A stretch of DNA of 26,345 bases from an uncultured Flavobacteriales bacterium. GTDB lineage: Bacteria; Bacteroidota; Bacteroidia; Flavobacteriales_G; Salibacteraceae. The position numbers were made by a program, and so were the translations under genes. A model generated the notes under the pieces. The model was not told where the DNA came from. It saw only the letters and a program-made list of their open reading frames with translations, and did not search any database. The stretch covers positions 1 through 26,345 of the forward strand of contig CAXAIH010000001.1 of NCBI GenBank assembly GCA_963968755.1, in the 5' to 3' direction. Shown here piece by piece: positions 1 to 9,155 of this stretch (its first letter is position 1; each line of letters starts with the position of its first letter).

Positions 1-484
1 CCGGTGCACTAAGCACGATTCGTTCGTCCTTCTTGCAGCTCTTTACATATTCAACTATTTCTTTCAATCCTTCGGACCGGATCTCTTTATTGCTGATGGG
101 AGAGTATGTGATGCCAACACGCGCAAAGAGAAGTTTCAGGTAATCGTAAATCTCGGTGCTTGTACCAATTGTTGACCGAGAAGACCGGCTGCTTACCTTT
201 TGCTCAATCGCAATGGCTGGTGCAATACCTTCTATGTTATCTACGCTGGGCTTATCGATTTTTCCAAGAAACTGCCGAGCGTATGAGGATAGACTTTCTA
301 CATATCTCCTTTGACCTTCGGCGTACAAAGTATCGAAAGCTAGAGAGGACTTTCCGGAGCCAGAAAGACCAGTTACCACCACAAATTGGTTCCGTGGAAT
401 GGCAACATCCACGTTTTTCAAGTTGTGCATTCGAGCACCTCGAATAAAAATTGAATCAGTTTGAGTGTCTACAGGATTTGCCAT
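1..484 (-). CDS. uvrA: Excinuclease ABC subunit A, 5' part (runs off the left edge)
   Basis: Manual translation from ATG at 484: [74 protein letters not shown], the classic UvrA N-terminus with Walker A. Not in the ORF track. Confidence 0.97.
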   Translation of the reverse strand, partial: MANPVDTQTDSIFIRGARMHNLKNVDVAIPRNQFVVVTGLSGSGKSSLAFDTLYAEGQRRYVESLSSYARQFLGKIDKPSVDNIEGIAPAIAIEQKVSSRSSRSTIGTSTEIYDYLKLLFARVGITYSPISNKEIRSEGLKEIVEYVKSCKKDERIVLSAP

Positions 485-516
485 TCAATCGTTAAGCCTT
501 GTTAATCGTGAATTTG

Positions 517-524
517 CAAAAGTA
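517..524 (-). promoter_or_regulatory. Bacteroidota -7 promoter box for uvrA
   Basis: TACTTTTG on the minus strand matches TAnnTTTG, 32 nt upstream of the uvrA ATG. No clear -33 box. Confidence 0.6.
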
Positions 525-531
525 CTTTTCC

Positions 532-564
532 TATCTTTGATCACAGTCGAAGGGAGTAATTTTG
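532..564 (+). promoter_or_regulatory. Candidate -7 promoter boxes for the ECF sigma gene
   Basis: TATCTTTG (532-539) and TAATTTTG (557-564) both match TAnnTTTG. The TTTG of the first could act as the upstream box of the second (17 nt spacer). Confidence 0.45.
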
Positions 565-696
565 TTCCAGATATAGCAAATGACACTTTTCAACGCTGAA
601 TTAAGAAGAATACAAACGAACACATCTCGCCTATAGCATAAATTCTACGTTTTAGGAATACACAACTACCCATTAATCAACCTAAAACTGAGTGTT

Positions 697-1284
697 ATGC
701 ACAGCTCGTTCATTTCTGATCAACGTCTTGTACGTCGTTATTTAGACGGTCACGAAGCTTCTTTAGAAGTTCTCATCACCCGGAACAAAGACCGGATATT
801 TGGTTACATCATGAATCTTACCCACGATTCCGCACTTTCGGAAGACGTGTTCCAGGATACCTTCATTAAGGTGATTCGGACATTAAAGTCTAGACGCTAC
901 AATGAGGAAGGGAAATTCATTCCTTGGGTTCTGAGAATAGCCCACAACCTCGTTATTGACCATTTCCGTAAAGGCAAGAGAATGCCTATGTCACGCGGAG
1001 GCGATAATTACGATGTATTCGATACCATCGTTTTTGACGAACCAAGCGTTGAGGATAGTCTCTTTGATCGTCAGGTACAAGCAGATGTAAAGAATCTGAT
1101 TGAATTCCTACCTGAGGAGCAGAAGGAAGTACTTAAAATGCGTCACTACTCGAAGATGAGTTTCAAAGACATCGCTGAAGAGACAAACGTGAGTATTAAC
1201 ACTGCCTTGGGAAGAATGCGCTATGCGCTCATCAACCTTCGAAAACTCATTGAGAAGAACAACCTACAGCTTTTAAAGCAATAA
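697..1284 (+). CDS. RNA polymerase ECF-type sigma-70 factor
   Basis: 195 aa. Region 2 (DVFQDTFIKVI...KFIPWVLRIAHNLVIDHFRK) and region 4 HTH (LPEEQKEVLKMR...SFKDIAEETNVSINTALGRMRYA). Confidence 0.93.
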   Translation: MHSSFISDQRLVRRYLDGHEASLEVLITRNKDRIFGYIMNLTHDSALSEDVFQDTFIKVIRTLKSRRYNEEGKFIPWVLRIAHNLVIDHFRKGKRMPMSRGGDNYDVFDTIVFDEPSVEDSLFDRQVQADVKNLIEFLPEEQKEVLKMRHYSKMSFKDIAEETNVSINTALGRMRYALINLRKLIEKNNLQLLKQ

Positions 1285-1356
1285 TTTTTAAGGCTTCATA
1301 CTATCTGAGAGTTAGCTGCGTTCCTAGTGCATGTTTCACTCAAAAATCATGTACAT

Positions 1357-1551
1357 ATGGATCTACACTCAACCTTGGATGAATTGTCTCGCTTTGCTCG
1401 AGAAGAAAAAAAACTCATTAAAGAGTCTGGCCTAAAGGAAACATCATTTAGGCCGAAACAAACTACGATTGAGAATATTTTGAAGTTCTCAAAAGCCTAT
1501 TCAAACAGACCTTCGAAATATGTGGGTCGATTCGAATTTGTAATCAACTGA
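1357..1551 (+). CDS. Small hypothetical protein (about 64 aa) downstream of the ECF sigma gene
   Basis: ATG at 1357 is in frame with the track ORF (GTG 1327). It fills the gap between sigma and nth. The C-terminus PKQTTIENILKFSKAY...FEFVIN resembles small proteins I recall at this locus in Bacteroidota (not verified). Confidence 0.6.
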   Translation: MDLHSTLDELSRFAREEKKLIKESGLKETSFRPKQTTIENILKFSKAYSNRPSKYVGRFEFVIN

Positions 1552-1559
1552 GCTTAGGT

Positions 1560-2189
1560 TTATTGGTCCCTCGCACCAATGACCTTTTCAATGACGCTGT
1601 TATCAATGCGAAAACCTCTGGCCGGGCTATACTCCCTGCCATAGAAGATGATTTGTAGATGGAGCTTATTCCATAGTTCCTTAGGAAAAAGACGCTTAGC
1701 GTCTTTTTCTGTTTGCACCACATTCTTTCCACTGCTTAATCCCCAACGGTACATCAAGCGATGAATGTGTGTATCAACTGGAAACGCAGGAACTCCGCAG
1801 GCTTGACTCATAACAACCGAGGCTGTTTTATGGCCCACTGCTGGAAGTGCCTCAAGGTCTGAGAAATTATTTGGAACTTGCCCATTGTGTTGTTCAACAA
1901 TCATTTGGCTTGACACCCAAATTCCTTTAGCTTTTGATTTCGACAAACCACAAGGGCGTATGATTTCCTGAATTTCCGCTTCTGAAAGCTTGAGCATATC
2001 GTGTGGATTATCTGCTCGTTTAAAAAGTATTGGAGTGATTTGATTCACCCTAACGTCCGTGCACTGCGCAGAGAGAATCACTGCTATGAGCAAGGTATAG
2101 GCATCTGAATGATAGAGTGGAATTGGAGTCTCTGGATAGAGATCTTCCAATGTATCTATGACGAATTGAACTTTTTCTGCTTTCTTCAT
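1560..2189 (-). CDS. nth: Endonuclease III (HhH-GPD DNA glycosylase/lyase)
   Basis: Start MKKAEKV at 2189. LLIAVILSAQCTDVRVN, HhH LPAVGHKTASVV with catalytic Lys, and VDTHIHR with catalytic Asp. The C-terminal 4Fe-4S cysteines are absent. Confidence 0.93.
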   Translation of the reverse strand: MKKAEKVQFVIDTLEDLYPETPIPLYHSDAYTLLIAVILSAQCTDVRVNQITPILFKRADNPHDMLKLSEAEIQEIIRPCGLSKSKAKGIWVSSQMIVEQHNGQVPNNFSDLEALPAVGHKTASVVMSQACGVPAFPVDTHIHRLMYRWGLSSGKNVVQTEKDAKRLFPKELWNKLHLQIIFYGREYSPARGFRIDNSVIEKVIGARDQ

Positions 2190-2238
2190 GTGAACTTCGA
2201 ACAACTTAGGTTGTTTTGTGCTAACAAGTATAATAAAG

Positions 2239-2703
2239 ATGGAAACACTCACAGAAGGCCAAAAGGCACCTGAAATCACTGGAATAGACCAATTTGGAAA
2301 GAACGTATCTCTTTCGGATTTCTCAGGAAAAAAACTGATACTCTATTTCTACCCAAAGGACAATACTCCAGGATGCACAGCGGAAGCGTGTAATCTTAGA
2401 GACAATTATCAATTGCTTTTTGACCAGGGCTTCGCCATACTTGGTGTAAGCGCAGATGATGAAAAGAAGCACTTAAAATTTGCCGATAAATACGAATTGC
2501 CCTTTCAGCTCTTAGCGGATACTGAGAGAACGGTAATTGAGGCATATAAAGTTTGGGGACCTAAGAAGTTCATGGGAAAAGAATACGACGGAATTCACAG
2601 AAAAACATTTGTCATCGACGCAAATGGTATCATCCAAAAGATCTTTGGTAAGGTGAAAACCAAAGCGCATGCAGAGCAGATTCTTGAAGCTTTAGACAAC
2701 TAA
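2239..2703 (+). CDS. bcp: Thioredoxin-dependent thiol peroxidase (BCP/PrxQ)
   Basis: LYFYPKDNTPGCTAEAC motif (PxxxTxxC...C). Start METLTEG at 2239. Confidence 0.93.
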   Translation: METLTEGQKAPEITGIDQFGKNVSLSDFSGKKLILYFYPKDNTPGCTAEACNLRDNYQLLFDQGFAILGVSADDEKKHLKFADKYELPFQLLADTERTVIEAYKVWGPKKFMGKEYDGIHRKTFVIDANGIIQKIFGKVKTKAHAEQILEALDN

Positions 2704-2754
2704 AGTTATTCCTTAAAAATGATTTTCCCAAGACGTAAATAGGTTACATTCTCA

Positions 2755-2762
2755 TACATTTG
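2755..2762 (+). promoter_or_regulatory. -7 promoter box for recA
   Basis: TACATTTG, 27 nt upstream of the ATG at 2790. Confidence 0.6.
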
Positions 2763-2789
2763 ATTTGTACCAAATTCAAACAATACACT

Positions 2790-3791
2790 ATGGCTAAAGA
2801 TGTAGCACAAGAAAAACTAAAAGCTTTGAAACTCACGATGGATAAGCTCGAAAAGAATTTTGGTAGAGGCGCCGTAATGAAAATGGGAGACGAAGCCGTT
2901 GAGGATGTTGAAGCCATCCCTTCAGGCTCACTGACATTAGACCTCGCGCTAGGAATAGGCGGTTATCCTCGCGGCAGAGTCGTAGAGATTTACGGTCCTG
3001 AATCGTCTGGAAAAACGACCCTAGCCATTCACGCTATTGCCGAAGTTCAAAAATCTGGAGGCATCGCTGCGATCATAGATGCAGAGCATGCATTTGACCG
3101 ATTTTATGCTGAAAATTTAGGGGTTGATACGGAGAATTTGTTGATCTCACAACCTGACAATGGTGAGCAAGCACTCGAGATTACTGAGAATCTCATACGC
3201 TCGGGAGCAATTGACCTAATTGTTATTGACTCTGTTGCGGCGCTCACCCCAAGAGCGGAAATTGAAGGAGAAATGGGCGATATGGTTGTTGGCCTTCAAG
3301 CCAGACTGATGAGTCAGGCCCTACGAAAGCTTACCGGAACCATTCACAAAACAGGATGTTGCTGCATATTCATCAATCAACTTCGAGAAAAAATTGGTGT
3401 GATGTTCGGTAACCCTGAAACAACTACAGGTGGAAACGCTCTTAAGTTCTACTCTTCAGTACGCATTGACATTCGGCGTTCAAGCCAAATCAAAAATGGC
3501 GACGCTGTGATGGGGAACAGAACGAAAGTGAAAGTGGTGAAAAACAAAATTGCGCCACCATTTAGACGTGCCGAATTTGACATCATGTATGGCAAGGGCA
3601 TCAGCAAATCAGGAGAAATCATTGATTTAGCGGTCGAGCAAGAAATCGTAAAAAAGAGTGGTTCTTGGTTCAGTTACGGTGAAACAAAACTCGGGCAAGG
3701 TCGCGATGCGGTTAAAGAACTGCTAGAGGATAACCCAGAATTGGCAGAAGAAATCGAGAATAAGATCAAGGCAGATTCCGCCTCTAACTAA
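2790..3791 (+). CDS. recA: Recombinase RecA
   Basis: GPESSGKTT Walker [40 protein letters not shown]. Start MAKDVAQ at 2790. Confidence 0.99.
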   Translation: MAKDVAQEKLKALKLTMDKLEKNFGRGAVMKMGDEAVEDVEAIPSGSLTLDLALGIGGYPRGRVVEIYGPESSGKTTLAIHAIAEVQKSGGIAAIIDAEHAFDRFYAENLGVDTENLLISQPDNGEQALEITENLIRSGAIDLIVIDSVAALTPRAEIEGEMGDMVVGLQARLMSQALRKLTGTIHKTGCCCIFINQLREKIGVMFGNPETTTGGNALKFYSSVRIDIRRSSQIKNGDAVMGNRTKVKVVKNKIAPPFRRAEFDIMYGKGISKSGEIIDLAVEQEIVKKSGSWFSYGETKLGQGRDAVKELLEDNPELAEEIENKIKADSASN

Positions 3792-3811
3792 ATTATTGTT
3801 CAGGAAAGTTC

Positions 3812-3837
3812 AGCCTCAGTTTCTGAGGCTTTTCTTT
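3812..3837 (+). terminator. Intrinsic terminator after recA
   Basis: AGCCTCAG-TTT-CTGAGGCT perfect 8-bp stem followed by TTTCTTT. Confidence 0.75.
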
Positions 3838-3842
3838 GCGAT

Positions 3843-4853
3843 ATGTTGAAACGAAGCCTTTTTCTGCTTTTCATTTCCCTTTTGACTTTCTCCTGTGTTG
3901 AAAATTCACGCGACGGGAAGGACCCAAAAGAACCCATCGGGTCTGGGCAGACGTATATTGATTCCTTGAATCAGGCCATTATTCAAGACCCTTCTAAGGC
4001 TGCACTTTTCGTTGTGCGTGCGAAATACTATGAAGGTCAGAACGATTTAGTTCGAGCAGCCGAGGAATTGGATAGAGCAAAGGTTATTGAACCTTCAAAT
4101 TGCGCTCATTACTCCTACAAAGCCGAACTTCTTATGGCATTGAATAATTACCAAGGTGCCCTTGGTGAACTTCAAAAATGCCTCTCTCAAAATCAGGAAG
4201 ATGCAGATGCTAATTTGGTTATGGCCAAACTTCTGCTCAGAACTGAAGCATACGACGAGGCCGTTTCTTATGCGGATCAAGTTTTAAAATTAGATGTGTT
4301 TAATGACGAGGCGTATTTTCTTAAAGGCATGATCTTTAAAGTTGCAGGCGATACTTCTCGAGCCATCAGCTCATTCTTAACTGCAACTGAACAGAACAAC
4401 CAACATTATGAAGCCTACTTGCAGCTCGGCTTGTTATACGCTTATGCAGGAAATGAATTGGCTGTTGACTTTTACAACAATGCCCTTCGAATAGACTCGA
4501 GCTCAATTGAAGTCCTATACAATAGAGGTTTGTTCGAACAAAACAACGAGCAACCAAGAACTTCCCTAAAGACCTACAAGGAAATCTTAGAGCTTGAACC
4601 TACTGACGCAAAGGCTCATTACAACACTGGTTTTATCTACCTCACTCAACTTGAGGAATTCGACTCTGCCGCTGTTTCATTCAAAGCGACTATTCAATCA
4701 ATACCTAATTGGACAGATGCCGTCTACAACTTGGGGCTTGTATACGAACTAAAAGGAGAGAGGGATGAAGCACTGCAGTATTACAAGAACGCTCTTGCAT
4801 TAGACCCAACGCACACTTTATCTGCCAAAGGACTCAGCAGAATAGGGATATAA
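3843..4853 (+). CDS. TPR-repeat lipoprotein
   Basis: Signal peptide MLKRSLFLLFISLLTFS-C (lipobox Cys18) and multiple TPR-like repeats (AYFLKGMIF, AHYNTGFIY, AVYNLGLVYE...ALALDP). Confidence 0.85.
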   Translation: MLKRSLFLLFISLLTFSCVENSRDGKDPKEPIGSGQTYIDSLNQAIIQDPSKAALFVVRAKYYEGQNDLVRAAEELDRAKVIEPSNCAHYSYKAELLMALNNYQGALGELQKCLSQNQEDADANLVMAKLLLRTEAYDEAVSYADQVLKLDVFNDEAYFLKGMIFKVAGDTSRAISSFLTATEQNNQHYEAYLQLGLLYAYAGNELAVDFYNNALRIDSSSIEVLYNRGLFEQNNEQPRTSLKTYKEILELEPTDAKAHYNTGFIYLTQLEEFDSAAVSFKATIQSIPNWTDAVYNLGLVYELKGERDEALQYYKNALALDPTHTLSAKGLSRIGI

Positions 4854-4883
4854 AAAAAGCCGCTCAAAAAATGAACGGCTTTT
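4852..4883. terminator. Bidirectional intrinsic terminator between the convergent TPR gene and rplT
   Basis: AAAAAAAGCCG-CTCAAAAAATGAA-CGGCTTTT: stem with an A-tract before it and a T-tract after it. Confidence 0.75.
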
Positions 4884-4905
4884 CCAAATGTTGTGTTTTT
4901 AAAGC

Positions 4906-5253
4906 TTATTTTTTAGCCGCTTCAACAACAGCCTTAAAGCTTTCAGGATGGTTCATCGCCAAGTCGGCAAGTACCTTTCTGTTCAATTCGATGTTTTTGC
5001 TAGAAAGCAATCCCATCAATTGAGAGTAGGATATCCCATTCTCACGGGCTCCAGCATTGATACGCTGAATCCATAGTGATCTGAAGTTTCTTTTCTTGGT
5101 CTTACGGTCGCGATACGCGTATGAAAGTCCACGTTCAACAGCGTTCTTCGCTACTGTAAAAACATTTTTTCTTCTTCCCCAGTAGCCTCTGGCCTGCTTG
5201 AGAATCTTCTTGCGTCTGGTTCGCGACGCTACTGCATTTACTGATCTAGGCAT
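4906..5253 (-). CDS. rplT: 50S ribosomal protein L20
   Basis: [30 protein letters not shown]...[13 protein letters not shown]...[10 protein letters not shown]. Confidence 0.99.
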   Translation of the reverse strand: MPRSVNAVASRTRRKKILKQARGYWGRRKNVFTVAKNAVERGLSYAYRDRKTKKRNFRSLWIQRINAGARENGISYSQLMGLLSSKNIELNRKVLADLAMNHPESFKAVVEAAKK

Positions 5254-5333
5254 TCTATTGTTTTTTGGACCAAAGCGCCGTCCTAGACGATCTTAAAGCT
5301 CAAATCCGGGTCTAACATTAACCGAAGTGATTC

Positions 5334-5531
5334 TCACTTCATATTCAACATCAACTTCACATTGGAAGTATCGGCATCAGATACCAAAGTGGCTTTAGTA
5401 AGATTACGCTTCTGCTTCGTTTCCTTCTTCGTCAAGATGTGACTTTTGAAGGCGTGCTTACGCTTAATCTTACCGCTGCCGGTCAGCTTAAATCGCTTTT
5501 TGGCACTAGATACGGTTTTCATTTTAGGCAT
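5334..5531 (-). CDS. rpmI: 50S ribosomal protein L35
   Basis: [36 protein letters not shown], between infC and rplT. Confidence 0.99.
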   Translation of the reverse strand: MPKMKTVSSAKKRFKLTGSGKIKRKHAFKSHILTKKETKQKRNLTKATLVSDADTSNVKLMLNMK

Positions 5532-5555
5532 GTCTCAAACTTTTGTTTGTCCTGT

Positions 5556-6107
5556 TTACTTCTTCTTTTTCGGCGCAATGAACATGATCATACGCTTCCC
5601 TTCTAATTTCGGCATGCTCTCTACAACACCAACGTCTTCGAGTGCCTGCGCAAGTTTTAGAAGCAGAATTTCCCCTTGCTCCTTATAAACTATCGTTCGA
5701 CCTCTGAAAAAGACATAAGCCTTAAGCTTTGATCCTTCTTCCAAAAACTTCCGAGCATGCTTCAATTTGAAATTGAAATCATGATCTTCCGTATGAGGTC
5801 CGTAGCGGATTTCCTTAATGACCACTTTCGAGGCCTTGGACTTCAGCTCCTTTTGTTTCTTTTTCTGTTCGTAAAGGAATTTCTTGTAATCAATTACCTT
5901 ACAAACCGGTGGCTTTGCCTTTGGTGAAATCTCTACCAAATCCAAACCCTTCCCGCGAGCAATCACAAGTGCTTCCGCTGTCGTGCAAATCTGCTGACCC
6001 TCACCATCATCATGAACCAAGCGCACTTCTGGTGCGATGATTTTTTCATTAATCCTGTGTGGATCCTCAACTCGGCGTCTTACTGGACGTCTTCTTCTTA
6101 TTGCGAT
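5556..6107 (-). CDS. infC: Translation initiation factor IF-3, non-canonical ATC start
   Basis: The frame extends 27 codons upstream of the track start: (ATC)AIRRRRPVRRRVEDPHRINEKIIAPEVRLV. Also LDLVEISPKAKPPVCKVIDY and KEIRYGP. No ATG in that extension, and an in-frame stop lies at 6123-6125. Confidence 0.93.
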   Translation of the reverse strand: MAIRRRRPVRRRVEDPHRINEKIIAPEVRLVHDDGEGQQICTTAEALVIARGKGLDLVEISPKAKPPVCKVIDYKKFLYEQKKKQKELKSKASKVVIKEIRYGPHTEDHDFNFKLKHARKFLEEGSKLKAYVFFRGRTIVYKEQGEILLLKLAQALEDVGVVESMPKLEGKRMIMFIAPKKKK

Positions 6108-6118
6108 ATTGCTCGACT

Positions 6119-8071
6119 TTAGTTAAACTCTTGAAGCTTCGCTTCTATTTCTTCGTTGACTAGCTTGGCGAAGGCTTCGATCTTCATGGAACCGAGGTCA
6201 CCTTCTCCTTGACGACGAACGGAAACCGTTCCATCATTCATCTCTTTCTCCCCTACAATTAACATGTATGGAATTTTCTGCACTTCCGCATCCCTGATCT
6301 TTCGACCAATTTTTTCGGCGCGCTCGTCAACGAGGGCGCGAATATCGTAATTATTTAGGACATGAGCCACATTCTGCACGGCCTCATTGTACTTCTCAGA
6401 AATGCTCAAAATCGTTACCTGCTCTGGGGTTAACCACAATGGAAACTTCCCTTCACAATGTTCAATCAGCAAAGCAACAAAACGTTCCAAGGATCCAAAT
6501 GGAGCTCTATGGATCATAACAGGGCGATGTTTCTTGTCGTCGCTTCCGGTATATTCCAATTCAAAACGCTCTGGAAGATTGTAATCAACTTGAATTGTTC
6601 CTAGCTGCCACTCTCGACCTAGAGCGTCCTCAACCATGAAGTCGAGCTTCGGCCCGTAGAAAGCAGCCTCACCATAAACTGTCACCGTGTTAAGCTCCTT
6701 CTCCTCGGTGGCTTCAACTATGTCACGTTCTGCCCTTTCCCAATTTTCCACTTCGCCAATGTACTTCCCCGGGTCATCTGGGTCTCTGAGAGAAATTTGA
6801 GCTGTGTAATTCTTGTAATCTAAGGCCCGCAAAACATATAATACAAGGTCAATGACTTTCTTGAACTCTTCTTTCACCTGATCTACGCGACAGAAGATGT
6901 GAGCATCATCCTGAGTAAAACCACGCACGCGTGTTAGGCCATGTAACTCGCCGCTTTGTTCGTAACGATAGACAGTTCCAAACTCCGCAAAGCGAACAGG
7001 TAAATCGCGGTAAGACTTAGGGCTGGCTTTATAAATCTCACAATGATGCGGGCAGTTCATCGGCTTTAAATAGAACTCCTCACCCTCATGCGGCGTTTCA
7101 ATTGGCTTGAAAGAATCTTCGCCATACTTATCGTAATGACCCGAGGTGACATATAGATTTTTGTGGCCAATATGAGGTGTAACTACGGGTACATATCCCG
7201 CCTTTTGTTGAGCAGAACGCATAAACCTTTCAAGGCGTTCGCGCAATGCAGCACCCTTAGGTAACCAAAGCGGAAGTCCTTGACCAACTTTATCTGAGAA
7301 AGTGAAAAGCTCTAACTCTTTTCCAAGTTTTCTATGATCTCGCTTCTTGGCTTCTTCCAACATTTGGAGATACTCCTTCAGCATCGATTGCTTCGGAAAG
7401 CTAATTCCGTATACTCTGGTAAGTTGAGGGTTCTTTTCATTTCCTCTCCAATAAGCACCGGCGACACTCATTATTTTGATGGCTTTGATCAAACCGGTAT
7501 TTGGAAGGTGGCCTCCTCTGCAGAGATCGGTAAAGTTTGAATGATCACAGAAGGTGATATCTCCATCTTCTAGATTACTGATCAACTCAAGTTTGAATTC
7601 GTTGTGCTCCTTTTCGTAAAAAGCAAGTGCATCGGCCTTGGATACTTCGCGCATTTGAAATTCAAACTTCTCGCGAGCAAACTCCAAGAACTTCTGCTCA
7701 AGTTTCGGAAAGTCTTTTTCAGACAAGACTTCATCGCCCAAATCCACGTCATAGTAAAAACCCTGATCAATGGCTGGGCCGATGGTAAGCTTAACCTTAG
7801 GATAGAAAAACTCTAAGGTCTGAGCCAAAACGTGCGCCGAAGAGTGCCAGAAGGTCTTTTTCCCTTCTTTGTCATCCCAGGTGAGAAGCTGCACTTCTGC
7901 ATCTTCTAGAATTGGAGTCGCTATTTCGCGAATACGTCCATTAACTTTCGTGGATACCACTTTTCGGGCAAGCCCTTCACTAATGCTTCGCGCAATTTCG
8001 AATGAACTGATCCCTGCTTCATACTGACGAACTGAGCCGTCAGGAAGTGTTATGTTGATTTGTGTGCTCAA
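6119..8071 (-). CDS. thrS: Threonine--tRNA ligase
   Basis: TGS domain (INITLPDGS), [71 protein letters not shown] start. Confidence 0.99.
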   Translation of the reverse strand: MSTQINITLPDGSVRQYEAGISSFEIARSISEGLARKVVSTKVNGRIREIATPILEDAEVQLLTWDDKEGKKTFWHSSAHVLAQTLEFFYPKVKLTIGPAIDQGFYYDVDLGDEVLSEKDFPKLEQKFLEFAREKFEFQMREVSKADALAFYEKEHNEFKLELISNLEDGDITFCDHSNFTDLCRGGHLPNTGLIKAIKIMSVAGAYWRGNEKNPQLTRVYGISFPKQSMLKEYLQMLEEAKKRDHRKLGKELELFTFSDKVGQGLPLWLPKGAALRERLERFMRSAQQKAGYVPVVTPHIGHKNLYVTSGHYDKYGEDSFKPIETPHEGEEFYLKPMNCPHHCEIYKASPKSYRDLPVRFAEFGTVYRYEQSGELHGLTRVRGFTQDDAHIFCRVDQVKEEFKKVIDLVLYVLRALDYKNYTAQISLRDPDDPGKYIGEVENWERAERDIVEATEEKELNTVTVYGEAAFYGPKLDFMVEDALGREWQLGTIQVDYNLPERFELEYTGSDDKKHRPVMIHRAPFGSLERFVALLIEHCEGKFPLWLTPEQVTILSISEKYNEAVQNVAHVLNNYDIRALVDERAEKIGRKIRDAEVQKIPYMLIVGEKEMNDGTVSVRRQGEGDLGSMKIEAFAKLVNEEIEAKLQEFN

Positions 8072-8079
8072 GAGGGTGG

Positions 8080-8087
8080 CAAATATA
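8080..8087 (-). promoter_or_regulatory. -7 promoter box for thrS
   Basis: TATATTTG, only 8 nt upstream of the TTG start. Confidence 0.55.
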
Positions 8088-8132
8088 CTGATGTGTTTCG
8101 GGAAAGCGGAAATTTGGAACTTTGGAAAATCA

Positions 8133-9077
8133 TTGAAAAGTCAAATCAGTAAAATAAACATCCTTCCTGCTGGATTTCAAATTGAACATCCATCAAATAT
8201 TCTCACCCTAGGGTCATGTTTCAGTGATTCCATTGGAAGTCTTTTTGAAAGATTCAAATTCAACACAAGTACCAACCCTTTTGGCACGCTGGTTAACCCA
8301 ATTTCCACTGCACGACTAGTAAGTGACGCGCTAAGCAAATCGATCAATGAAGAGCATCTGATTCAACATGATGGTCTATGGAAATCTCTCGATTATCACA
8401 GTCAATTATGCAACCCTTCCAAAGTTGAACTTCTCTCTCAAATCCAAATTCTCCAAGAAGGACTAAACAAGCAAATCAAATCCTACGAAGTTGTTTTCAT
8501 TTCGCTTGGGTCAGCAGTAGTTTACCGCTACTTAAAAACGAATGAAATCATTTCGAACAACCAAAGGTTAGCTACAAGTCATTTTGAACAGGAACTGTTG
8601 AAAATTGAAAATATTCGGACCTCGCTTGACCTGCTCATTAAAACCTTGAAGGAGGCCAACCCGAGAGTTCAAATTGTATTAACACTAAGCCCTGTTCGAC
8701 ACCTTAAAAAAGGGGCTGTCCTAAATCAGAGAAGCAAGGCTCGACTTCTTGAAGGCATCCATCAAGTTATAGCAGATGGTGTTCACTATTTTCCAGCATA
8801 TGAATTGATGCTTGATGAACTCCGAGATTATCGGTATTACCATGAGGACCTTGTTCATCCCAGCAATCAAGCCGTCGATCATATTTGGGATGCTCTTTCC
8901 GATTACTGCTTCAGTGAAAACACCAAAATCTTACTCCCTGAAATCGAAGATGTATTGAAAATGCTCGGGCATCGCCCACAACATCCGGAGGCTCATTCTA
9001 GCTTAGAATTTCAGAAGAAATGTCGTGACAAAATTTACTCCCTCATGCGTAGGTACCCGCATTTGAATTTCAAGTAA
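8133..9077 (+). CDS. GSCFA-domain protein (SGNH-like, function unknown)
   Basis: [54 protein letters not shown]. Start uncertain (TTG 8133 or ATG 8091). Confidence 0.85.
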   Translation: MKSQISKINILPAGFQIEHPSNILTLGSCFSDSIGSLFERFKFNTSTNPFGTLVNPISTARLVSDALSKSINEEHLIQHDGLWKSLDYHSQLCNPSKVELLSQIQILQEGLNKQIKSYEVVFISLGSAVVYRYLKTNEIISNNQRLATSHFEQELLKIENIRTSLDLLIKTLKEANPRVQIVLTLSPVRHLKKGAVLNQRSKARLLEGIHQVIADGVHYFPAYELMLDELRDYRYYHEDLVHPSNQAVDHIWDALSDYCFSENTKILLPEIEDVLKMLGHRPQHPEAHSSLEFQKKCRDKIYSLMRRYPHLNFK

Positions 9078-9155
9078 GGCCAAGGTTCTCATAAACTGGC
9101 TCAATTCAATACCTGTGGTGTGATTTTTGCTATTGTTGCAGCCCCTAACGGCCAC

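Noticed and set aside
160-447. Plus-strand 95-aa ORF
   Set aside because: Antisense shadow of uvrA.
2704-2789. LexA/SOS operator upstream of recA (also checked upstream of uvrA)
   Set aside because: No convincing palindrome is shared by the two promoters.
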